A DNA stretch of 63,687 bases, the filler included, from Dehalococcoidia bacterium (GTDB lineage: Bacteria; Chloroflexota; Dehalococcoidia; DSTF01; JACRBR01), in assembly GCA_041494685.1 (NCBI GenBank). It is 3 parts of 3 records of this genome, joined end to end, with 100 filler letters (N's around TTAATTAATTAA, not from the genome) between each part and the next. Parts side by side here need not be neighbours in the genome. Positions count along the whole stretch, not along the records: positions 1 to 24,214 come from JBGQBE010000051.1; 2 more parts are not named here. The stretch is one strand, 5' to 3'. Shown in pieces: positions 1 through 7,812 of this stretch. The notes under the pieces are model-generated. The model was not told the origin of the DNA. It saw only the letters and a program-made list of their open reading frames with translations, and made no database searches. The translations under genes and the position numbers were made by a program. How positions within the stretch are numbered: position 1 is the stretch's first letter; each line of letters opens with the position of its first letter.

Positions 1-135
1 ACTGCCCTGAGCACGCTCAACCTGACGACCAACACGACCTTCACGCTCGAAGTGAAGCCGCCGTCCGGTTCGTACATGGTGATCCAGCGGACGACCCCGG
101 CGTCGATCAACAAGAGCGTCATCGACCTGAACTAG
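1..135 (+). CDS. arlB: Archaellin, C-terminal part (runs off window start)
   Basis: Frame 1 reads TALSTLNLTTNTTFTLEVKPPSGSYMVIQRTTPASINKSVIDLN*, nearly identical to the C-terminus of 1365..1952; not in ORF track. Confidence 0.9.
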   Translation, partial: TALSTLNLTTNTTFTLEVKPPSGSYMVIQRTTPASINKSVIDLN

Positions 136-167
136 GCACCCGACGCGCGAGGTTCACCGGACCACAC

Positions 168-196
168 AGAGGGGCGGCCGCCACGGCCGCCCCTCT
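168..196 (+). terminator. GC-rich hairpin after first archaellin
   Basis: AGAGGGGCGGCCG-CCA-CGGCCGCCCCTCT inverted repeat; no U-tract. Confidence 0.5.
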
Positions 197-353
197 CGCT
201 GTCCGTGGCGTTGCCGGAAACAGCCGTATAGGGGTTCCCGCCGGCGCGGCTGCGGCGCTCCCCGCCTGCGCAGGGACAGGGCCGGGTTCCGACGATCCGC
301 CATAGACCGCTGCGGGCGGCCGGACGAACACACCCAGGGATGGGGGAGCGTGT

Positions 354-944
354 GTGATGAATGGACTCATCTTCCTGTCGCGCCGTGCGCGCGACGAACG
401 GGGCATCACCGGCCTGGAGACCGCGATCGTGCTGATCGCCTTTGTAGTGGTGGCCGCGGTATTCGCGTTCGTCGTGCTCTCCACCGGCCTCTTCAGCTCC
501 GAACGGGGCAAGGAGACCATCTTCGCCGGCCTGGCGAAGACCCGTGGTTCGATGGAGCTGACGGGCAGCATAATGGCCACCTCCAACCAGACGAAGATCA
601 CGGCCGTTACGTTTGACCTGACGCTGACGGCCGGTGGCGCGCCGGTGAGTCTGGACTCGACGGCGACGGCGAACAAGACGATCATCAGCTTCCACGACGG
701 ACAGTACGACGTGAACAGCGTCAGCTACACGGCCACGGCGATCACCGGCAACGGTGACTCCGCGCTAGAAGCCGGCGAGCTGATGGAGATCACGCTGGAC
801 CTGACGACCGGCAACATGGCGACGGTGGCCGTGGGAGCGAACGCCGTGTTCACCATCGAGATCAAGCCGCCGCAGGGCTCGTACATGGTGATCCAGCGCA
901 CGACGCCGCCGTCGATCGCGCACACACTCATCAACCTGAACTAG
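354..944 (+). CDS. arlB: Archaellin
   Basis: Class III signal peptide RDERG/ITGLETAIVLIAFVVVAAVFAF; archaellin-type GDSALEAGE and FTIEIKPPQGS motifs. Confidence 0.92.
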   Translation: MMNGLIFLSRRARDERGITGLETAIVLIAFVVVAAVFAFVVLSTGLFSSERGKETIFAGLAKTRGSMELTGSIMATSNQTKITAVTFDLTLTAGGAPVSLDSTATANKTIISFHDGQYDVNSVSYTATAITGNGDSALEAGELMEITLDLTTGNMATVAVGANAVFTIEIKPPQGSYMVIQRTTPPSIAHTLINLN

Positions 945-1364
945 CCGCCTGCCCGGGGCGGCGCCCAGTTTTCGCGGGAACACCGGGTCGGACGGCGCGG
1001 CGTGCGACGCCATGACGTCCGCCGTACGCGGCGATTGGGCCGGGCCGAGCGGCGGAGGCGAAGAAGTGCGGCAGTTCCCCGATACGCGGGAAGGGCTCAG
1101 ATCACGAAGCTTCTCACGGTGCATGGATGTACCGCCAGGTAAACGGCAGGGATCGTCGCAACTCTGGTCCCCCGGCCAGCCCCGACGGGCGCAAAGGGGG
1201 GTGGCCGGGCAGCAAGGGAGTGCGCGACCAAGCCTGAGCGAACGAACGAACTAGACCCAGGCCAACGCGCAGCGCGAAGGAGGTGTCGGACCGCCACAAT
1301 AGAAGAGCCCCTGTTCTCCCAGAGAGATCTGGGGCACCCAGCGATTCACGAGGAGGAATACGCA

Positions 1365-1952
1365 ATGAAGCGAATCATGAGGTTCGCACGTCGCACCGCT
1401 GAGGAGCGGGGCATCACGGGTCTGGAAACCGCCATCGTTCTTATCGCGTTCGTCGTCGTCGCGGCGGTGTTCGCCTTCGTCGTCTTGAGCACCGGTCTCT
1501 TCAGCTCCGAGCGGGGCAAGGAGACGGTGTACGCGGGTCTCGCGAAGACCCGTGGCTCGATGGAGCTGACCGGCGGCGTCATCGCCAAGGGCAACACGAC
1601 GAAGCTGAACACCATCATCTTCGACCTGACGCTGGCCGCCGGCGGCGACCAGGTCAACCTGGACGGGGCGGGCGCGACCAACCGCACGGTGATCAGCTAC
1701 GCCGACACCAACATCAACGCAAACGACGTCTCCTACACGACGACCGTGATCACGGGCAACAGCGACAAGCTGCTGGAGCAGGGTGAGCTGTTCGAGATCA
1801 GCATCGACCTGACGCAGACCGCCCTGAGCGCGGTCACCCTGACGACCAACACGACCTTCACGCTCGAAGTGAAGCCGCCGTCCGGTTCGTACATGGTGAT
1901 CCAGCGGACGACGCCCGCATCGATCAACAAGAGCGTCATCGACCTGAACTAA
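1365..1952 (+). CDS. arlB: Archaellin
   Basis: EERG/ITGLETAIVLIAFVVVAAVFAF N-terminus, DKLLEQGE motif, SD GAGGAGG upstream. Confidence 0.93.
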   Translation: MKRIMRFARRTAEERGITGLETAIVLIAFVVVAAVFAFVVLSTGLFSSERGKETVYAGLAKTRGSMELTGGVIAKGNTTKLNTIIFDLTLAAGGDQVNLDGAGATNRTVISYADTNINANDVSYTTTVITGNSDKLLEQGELFEISIDLTQTALSAVTLTTNTTFTLEVKPPSGSYMVIQRTTPASINKSVIDLN

Positions 1953-1981
1953 CGGGAGCTCACGAAGAGCCCGAGAGAAGC

Positions 1982-2001
1982 GGGCCGCCCCCTGGGCGGC
2001 C
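1982..2001 (+). terminator. Hairpin between arlB and accessory genes
   Basis: GGGCCGCCC-CT-GGGCGGCCC-type inverted repeat; no U-tract. Confidence 0.4.
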
Positions 2002-2029
2002 CGCCTATCCCTCGAAAGGCAGGAGTGCC

Positions 2030-2734
2030 GTGGAACCGCAGCAGCTGGCAACAAAGGTCGCACAGCTCGAGTCACGAGTCGCCTCTCTTGAAGACGAAGG
2101 GAAGATCGTCAAGGGCGAGGTGAAGCAGATCCTGACCGAGATCCGCACCGCGATCCTCGTGCGGGACAACCCGTTCGAAGTTGACGGCATGCCTGCGCGT
2201 TCGCACGTGGCTTCGGTCGTCACGAACACCGCCACCACCGAGCGGATCTCCGCCGCGCCTGCGCCGGAGGCGGTGCAGCCCAAGCCGCAGCCGGCCCGCC
2301 CGCCAGAACCTGAGCCGGAGCCCGAACCCGAGCCCGAGATGGAGCTTGAGCCGGAACCCTACCCGGAGCCCGCCAAGGAGCCTGTCATGTTGAGGCCTCA
2401 ACACGCGCCGCCCGTACCGCCGCCGGCACCGGCGCCGGAACCGCAGCAGCCGCAGTGGACGCTGCTGACCATCGCCGGCCTGTCGGCCTGGGCGGAGGAA
2501 GCAATGCGGCGCCTGGGTTCGCTGCGACTCGAGATACTGTTGGACCTTTGCGAGACGGCAGGGCACCTGACGCCGGAAGCGCGCACAGCCCTGGCACGCG
2601 TGACGGAGCTGGATATCGCGGAGCCGGAGCACGCGCCTTCGACCAACGAGACAGTCGTCATCCTCCGGCAGCTGGATGCGCTGGTGAACGACGACGAGGA
2701 GTACGGCGCTCTCCGGATGCAGCGCCGGGTCTGA
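2030..2734 (+). CDS. Putative fused ArlC/D/E-like archaellum switch protein
   Basis: N-terminal coiled coil ending in NPF (ArlC-like), Pro/Glu linker, C-terminal W..EAMRRLG..RLEILLDLCETAGHL segment resembling ArlD/E; lies between arlB and arlG. Confidence 0.6.
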   Translation: MEPQQLATKVAQLESRVASLEDEGKIVKGEVKQILTEIRTAILVRDNPFEVDGMPARSHVASVVTNTATTERISAAPAPEAVQPKPQPARPPEPEPEPEPEPEMELEPEPYPEPAKEPVMLRPQHAPPVPPPAPAPEPQQPQWTLLTIAGLSAWAEEAMRRLGSLRLEILLDLCETAGHLTPEARTALARVTELDIAEPEHAPSTNETVVILRQLDALVNDDEEYGALRMQRRV

Positions 2735-2791
2735 GCGGCCGAAGACCTACACGCAGGAAGCACGCCCACCACACGCTGAAGGAGTGGCGTC

Positions 2792-3268
2792 ATCGATAAG
2801 GCAATCACGACCATCATGCTCACCATCGCGGCGATCGTCTCGATCATCGCGGTGGTCAACGCCGTCCTGCCGTCGGTGAGCCGCACGAGCGGCGCGCTGG
2901 TCGCGGCGTCCGGGGTGGTCGAGGACCGCATCTCAAGCCAGATCGACGTGATCCACGCGACGGGGCAGAACGGCAACCCGACCGCCGACGTGTGGGTGAA
3001 GAACATCGGTTCGTCGTCAATCGAGCCGATGTCGCGCGTGGACGTGTTCTTCGGCCCCAGCGGCAATTTCCAGCGGATCCCGCAGGGGACGGCCGGCTGT
3101 GCGGCGCCGTGCTGGGAGTACACGTTCGAGAACTCGACCCTCTGGGACGCGACGGCGACCCTGCACGTCATCATCCACGCAGCGTCGAACCTGGCGACGG
3201 GCACGACGTACTACGTCAAGGTTGTGACGCCGAACGGCATCACCGACTCCAAGTTCTTCACGGTATAG
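2792..3268 (+). CDS. arlG: Archaellum stator ArlG (probable ATC start at 2792; first ATG at 2816)
   Basis: N-terminal TM helix, SQIDVIHA, VWVKNIGS, VKVVTPNG motifs; SD AAGGAG 7 nt before ATC. Confidence 0.8.
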   Translation: MDKAITTIMLTIAAIVSIIAVVNAVLPSVSRTSGALVAASGVVEDRISSQIDVIHATGQNGNPTADVWVKNIGSSSIEPMSRVDVFFGPSGNFQRIPQGTAGCAAPCWEYTFENSTLWDATATLHVIIHAASNLATGTTYYVKVVTPNGITDSKFFTV

Positions 3269-3275
3269 ACGCGAC

Positions 3276-3788
3276 ATGGAGAACGGACTTCCCGCGATCT
3301 TGATTGCCGCCATCCTGATGCTGTCGACCGTGCTGATGGCGCGCGGCGGCTTCATGGGCGCGGACGCGATCGGCCAGTCGCTGCGGACGTCGGAGACGCG
3401 CTACGGTGAGCAGAACCGCACGGGCCTGACGGTCACGCAGACCGCGATCGATCCGACCGGCGCGAACATCACCATCACGGTGCGCAACGACGGCCAGACA
3501 CCGGTCGCGACCTTCGCGAACATGGACGTCGTGGTGCAGTACTTCGCCGCGGGCGGCACCCGCTACGACAAGTGGATCCCGTACACGTCCGGCCCGCTGG
3601 CGGCCGACACGTGGACCGTGGGCGCGTTCACGAACGACGTCTTCAATCCGGGCATCCTGGACACGGGCGAAAGCGTACAGATCCAGATCCGGGTGAACCC
3701 CGTCGTGGGGCCCGCGACGACGAACCTGGCGATCATCGGGACCGAGAAGGGCGTCACCGTGCGGACGTACTTCGCGGGCCCGCCATAG
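3276..3788 (+). CDS. arlF: Archaellum stator ArlF
   Basis: N-terminal TM helix, ITVRNDGQT, NPGILDTGES, IGTEKGV motifs; follows arlG. Confidence 0.8.
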   Translation: MENGLPAILIAAILMLSTVLMARGGFMGADAIGQSLRTSETRYGEQNRTGLTVTQTAIDPTGANITITVRNDGQTPVATFANMDVVVQYFAAGGTRYDKWIPYTSGPLAADTWTVGAFTNDVFNPGILDTGESVQIQIRVNPVVGPATTNLAIIGTEKGVTVRTYFAGPP

Positions 3789-3801
3789 GGGGCGGACTCG
3801 C

Positions 3802-5397
3802 ATGGCCATCTTCACCCGCTTTCTTCCCGGCGCAAAGGCGCCCCCGCGCAGCGACAACATCGAAGACGCCGCGAACTGGCAACGCCCGACGTCGCTGTTC
3901 CGCCCCGCGTCGACCGAATACGACCTGGTAGCGCAGCTGACGTATATGTCGGCGCTGGCCACGGCGAACGTCGGGCGCGAGAACCTGTTCCAGAAGACGG
4001 CCGAACTGGGTTACTCCACGTCCGGCTACTTCCACCGCGTGCACCTGGTGGCGCAGCGGCTGAACTACGACTACGCGCGCGCCTGCCAGTTGGTAGCAGA
4101 CGCGACAGAGAACGACACCGTACGCAGCCTGCTGCTCCGCTTCAGCAGTTCGCTCGCCTCCGGTGAGCCGGAGACGGTCTTCCTGGCACGTGAGACGGAG
4201 ATCACGCTGGAGCAGTACTCGCGCAAGTACGAGCGCGACCTGGAATCGCTCCAGAAGTGGACCGACGCGTACGTCGCGCTGATGGTGTCGGTGACGCTGG
4301 TGGTCGTCGTCTCGATGGTATCGATGATGATCTACAGCGTGGGGACGGTGTTCATCCTGGGTCTCGCGACGGTGATGATCGGCATCGCCGTGCTGGGCGA
4401 CTGGGTCATCTACCGGACGTCCCCGGTCGAACCGAAGACGCATAAGCGCGCTGAACGTTCGCGCACGCAGGACCAGATGTTCGCGGTGGCAAGAATCCTG
4501 CTGCCCGCGGGCGCGCTCCTGGGCGCGGTCGTCGGCATCGTGTTCAACATCGGCGCGGGCATGATCGCCGCGGGCATCATGGTGGCCCCGGTGGGCGTGA
4601 TGGCGTTCATGGACGACAGCAGGGTGGACCAGCAGGACCGCGACGTGTCGACGTTCCTGCGATCGCTCGGTTCGGTCGTCGGCGCGATCGGCACGACGGT
4701 GACAGAAGGCATGGAGCGGCTGAACCAGCGCTCGCTGGCCTCGCTGGAGCAGGGCGTGCGGCGGCTGCACGTGCGGCTGCGCTCCGGGATCCGGCCGGAC
4801 ATGTGCTGGGACCGTTTTATCTCGGAGACCGGCAGCGAGCTGGTGGACCGCTCCGTCAGCACGTTCTGGGACACGATCAAGCTGGGTGGCGACCCGGACG
4901 CGATCGGATACCTGTCGTCGCTGTTCGCCCTCAAGATCTCGCTGATGCGGGAGAACCGCAAGCTGGTCTCACAGACATTCATGTACCTGATGGTGCCACT
5001 GCACGCCGTGCTGATCGCCATCCTGCTCTTCGTCACCGAGGTCATGGTCGTCTTCGCGCAGCAACTGAACAACGTCCAGACACAGGCGCTGAGCAATACC
5101 GATCCGCAGGCGACCTCTGGGCTCGACGTCACGACCTCCCTGGCGTTCGCCTCGCCGAACATCGCGTTCATCCGGGGATTCGCGCTGGTGGTCGTGCTGG
5201 TGCTGACGGTCGTGGACACATGGGCGCCGCACTCGACCGCCGGCGGCCACCACCACAAGGTGTGGCTGTACGCGGCGATCATGCTGGTGCTCTCCGGGGT
5301 GGCGCTGATGTTTGTGCCGCACGTCGTGGGAGGCTTGTTCCACGGAGTGGCCGGCGACCCAACGAACAACACGCTGACCGCTCCGGCGCAGAGATAG
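3802..5397 (+). CDS. arlJ: Archaellum membrane platform protein ArlJ
   Basis: LTYMSALAT, LLRFSSSLASGEP..FL..E, FLRSLGS, FISETGSEL, LGGDP motifs; polytopic; 531 aa. Confidence 0.92.
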   Translation: MAIFTRFLPGAKAPPRSDNIEDAANWQRPTSLFRPASTEYDLVAQLTYMSALATANVGRENLFQKTAELGYSTSGYFHRVHLVAQRLNYDYARACQLVADATENDTVRSLLLRFSSSLASGEPETVFLARETEITLEQYSRKYERDLESLQKWTDAYVALMVSVTLVVVVSMVSMMIYSVGTVFILGLATVMIGIAVLGDWVIYRTSPVEPKTHKRAERSRTQDQMFAVARILLPAGALLGAVVGIVFNIGAGMIAAGIMVAPVGVMAFMDDSRVDQQDRDVSTFLRSLGSVVGAIGTTVTEGMERLNQRSLASLEQGVRRLHVRLRSGIRPDMCWDRFISETGSELVDRSVSTFWDTIKLGGDPDAIGYLSSLFALKISLMRENRKLVSQTFMYLMVPLHAVLIAILLFVTEVMVVFAQQLNNVQTQALSNTDPQATSGLDVTTSLAFASPNIAFIRGFALVVVLVLTVVDTWAPHSTAGGHHHKVWLYAAIMLVLSGVALMFVPHVVGGLFHGVAGDPTNNTLTAPAQR

Positions 5398-5409
5398 GAG
5401 GAGTCGCAA

Positions 5410-5823
5410 ATGCGAGGTATCTTTCACCGAGACGAGTCACACACCGGGCCGGAGATTCCGCGCGAGCAGATCGACGCGATGCTGCCTGCGTCGGTGCGCA
5501 GCCCGGAGAAGAACCGGTTCACGCCGCTGGGCAGCGACGCGCCCGCCGATACGGAGGACACGGACCTGGAGTTCCTGACGGCGATCGCGCGCGCGGCCGA
5601 AGCTGACGTATCGCGGACGCCGAAGCGGACGATCCGCCCCGCCCTGAAGCGAGTCACCATCGCGCCGGAAAACGACGGTCTCGATGCGTTCCGCGAGATC
5701 AAGCACGATCGCGAGAGGAAGACCACCGCTCCCACAATCCAGGTGGACGACGTCGACCTGATCGACCTGATGGAAGACCTGGCGACGATCGCCGCGGCGC
5801 TGCGCAAGCGCAGGGCCGCTTAG
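5410..5823 (+). CDS. Hypothetical cytoplasmic protein, probably co-transcribed with arlJ
   Basis: SD AGGAGGAG, 12 nt after arlJ stop, 137 aa. Confidence 0.7.
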   Translation: MRGIFHRDESHTGPEIPREQIDAMLPASVRSPEKNRFTPLGSDAPADTEDTDLEFLTAIARAAEADVSRTPKRTIRPALKRVTIAPENDGLDAFREIKHDRERKTTAPTIQVDDVDLIDLMEDLATIAAALRKRRAA

Positions 5824-5830
5824 CGTCACG

Positions 5831-6847
5831 ATGGCTCGCTGGGCAACGCTGCTGCTCGTCGGATCGATGGCCGTCTGGACGGCGCTGACCGCTGCCACCG
5901 GCTGGTACATGCTGCGCGGCGACAGCGCGCCGGCCGCGGCGGCGGCAGGGGCCGCGGTGGTATACGACGTGGCGGGGCCCATGACGCCTCACGCCGTCCA
6001 CTTGCTGACACGCGAGCAGGCCAACGCGACGCTACCGCAGCCGACGCCCGACACGGCGGTGCGCCAGCGCAACATGGGCGTCTCGCAGCCGGTGCCGCAT
6101 TACGCGCAGTCCGCTGACGGCATCAGCAACAAGGTACGCTCGGCAAACCCGGAGATCCCGGCGCAGCTGAAGTCGCCGCGCAGTGCCGTGGCGAAGAAGG
6201 GCGTCATCGTGCTCGACCCCGGGCACGGTCGCGGCGACCCGGGCGCGGTGCACTATCTGCCCGACGGCTCGGGCCGCTGGGACGAGATCGAGGCCGACTC
6301 CAACCTGAAGAACGCGCAACTGATCCGCGACAATCTCGTCGCCATGGGGTACGACGTGTACCTGACGCGGGAGAACGCGGGCGTGGGGCCCGGCGGGCCG
6401 CTTCCGCTGCAGTTCATCACGTCCGACCTGTACTCACGCGTCGCCCTGGCGAAGTCGGTGAACGCCGACCTCTTCCTCGCGCTCCACGGCAACGGCGCGA
6501 CCGTGCACTCGATCAGCGGCGCGGAGACGTGGTACTGCGGCAAGCAATCGAACGGTTCGCTGAACGAGAAGCTCGCGCGGATGGTGCAGCAGGCGATGAT
6601 GGACGGGCTGCACGAATATGGCTACTTCCCGCCGGACCGCGGCATCATGGAAGACGCCGAGCGCCACCACTCCGGTGACTTCTGCCAGTTCGTCGTCACA
6701 CGAGAGGCGCCCGTGCCGGCGGCGCTCATCGAGTTCCTGTTCCTGACGAACGATCAGGATGCGAAGGTGCTTGTCGACGACCGCTCGCACGTGATCCTGG
6801 CACGGCACGTCGCTGAGGCGATCGACGAGTTCATGCGACAACGGTAG
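5831..6847 (+). CDS. N-acetylmuramoyl-L-alanine amidase (Amidase_3) with N-terminal anchor
   Basis: IVLDPGHG..DPGA, E..N, ADLFLALHGN, PAALIEFLFLTN zinc-amidase motifs. Confidence 0.88.
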   Translation: MARWATLLLVGSMAVWTALTAATGWYMLRGDSAPAAAAAGAAVVYDVAGPMTPHAVHLLTREQANATLPQPTPDTAVRQRNMGVSQPVPHYAQSADGISNKVRSANPEIPAQLKSPRSAVAKKGVIVLDPGHGRGDPGAVHYLPDGSGRWDEIEADSNLKNAQLIRDNLVAMGYDVYLTRENAGVGPGGPLPLQFITSDLYSRVALAKSVNADLFLALHGNGATVHSISGAETWYCGKQSNGSLNEKLARMVQQAMMDGLHEYGYFPPDRGIMEDAERHHSGDFCQFVVTREAPVPAALIEFLFLTNDQDAKVLVDDRSHVILARHVAEAIDEFMRQR

Positions 6848-6927
6848 CGAGCGGTCCCGGGCCGCGGGTGCGTGTGGCGGCCCGCCTCATCCGGTGGCCA
6901 GATGTCCGTATCCCGTACAATCGCACC

Positions 6928-7812
6928 ATGGTCAAGATCGCGGTGCTGGCCAGCTTCAACATGGACCTGGTGATGCGCGCCGAACGCCGGCCACGGGCCG
7001 GCGAGACGCTGCAGGGCGCGTTCGCCATGTTCCCGGGCGGCAAGGGGTTCAACCAGGCCGTCGCGGCGCGACGGCTGGGCGCGGACGTCGCGGTGGCGGG
7101 GCGCGTCGGCGACGACGAGTTCGGCCGTTCGTTCCTCGACGCGCTGGACGCCGAGGGCATCGACCGCGCAGCGGGCACGGGCGTCGCAAGCATCATCGTG
7201 GAGACCGACGGCACGAACACGATCGTGCAGGCGCCCCGCGCCAACCGCAGCGTGCGGCGCGAAGACTTCGACGGCGCGGGCATTTTCGACGGCGCGGCGG
7301 CGGCGATGGCGAACCTCGAGACGACCGACGATGCCGCCATCGCGTTCCTGGCGGCGTTGCAAGGACGCGGCCACACGCTGCTGAACCCGGCGCCAGCGCG
7401 GACGGTCCCGCAGGCGCTGCTCGACGTCGCCTCGACAATCGTCGCGAACGATCTGGAGGCTGAGGCGATCACGGGCCTGCGCTGCGACACCGACGCCGCA
7501 GCGTCCGTCGCGGCGGCGCGTCTCGGCGCGTGCGGCATCGTTACCCTGGGCGGCCGCGGCGTCGTCGGTGTCCGCGGCAGCGAATGTGTGCACATCGACG
7601 CGCACGATATCCGCGCGATCGACACGGTCGGCGCCGGCGATGCCTTCTGCGCGGCGCTCGCGGTACGGCTGGGCGAGGGGGCGGCGTTTGGAGACGCGCT
7701 GCGGTTCGCGAACGCCGCGGGCGCCATCGCGTGCACACGCGCCGGCGCGATGCCGTCGATGCCACGCCGGCACGAGGTAGAGGCACTACTGGCGAAAGGA
7801 GTCCCCGCATGA
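6928..7812 (+). CDS. rbsK: Ribokinase / PfkB family kinase
   Basis: GGKGFNQAVAARRLG, DTVGAGDAF; TACAAT 6 nt before ATG 6928. Confidence 0.85.
   Translation: MVKIAVLASFNMDLVMRAERRPRAGETLQGAFAMFPGGKGFNQAVAARRLGADVAVAGRVGDDEFGRSFLDALDAEGIDRAAGTGVASIIVETDGTNTIVQAPRANRSVRREDFDGAGIFDGAAAAMANLETTDDAAIAFLAALQGRGHTLLNPAPARTVPQALLDVASTIVANDLEAEAITGLRCDTDAAASVAAARLGACGIVTLGGRGVVGVRGSECVHIDAHDIRAIDTVGAGDAFCAALAVRLGEGAAFGDALRFANAAGAIACTRAGAMPSMPRRHEVEALLAKGVPA

Noticed and set aside
200..353. Sigma-28 promoter or riboswitch before the second archaellin
   Set aside because: Only partial matches (GCCGTATA, GCCGGGTTCCGA) without correct spacing or aptamer core
354..1952. Bacterial flagellin or ordinary type IV pilin
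   Set aside because: No flagellin termini; the N-terminus and arlG/F/J context are archaellin-type
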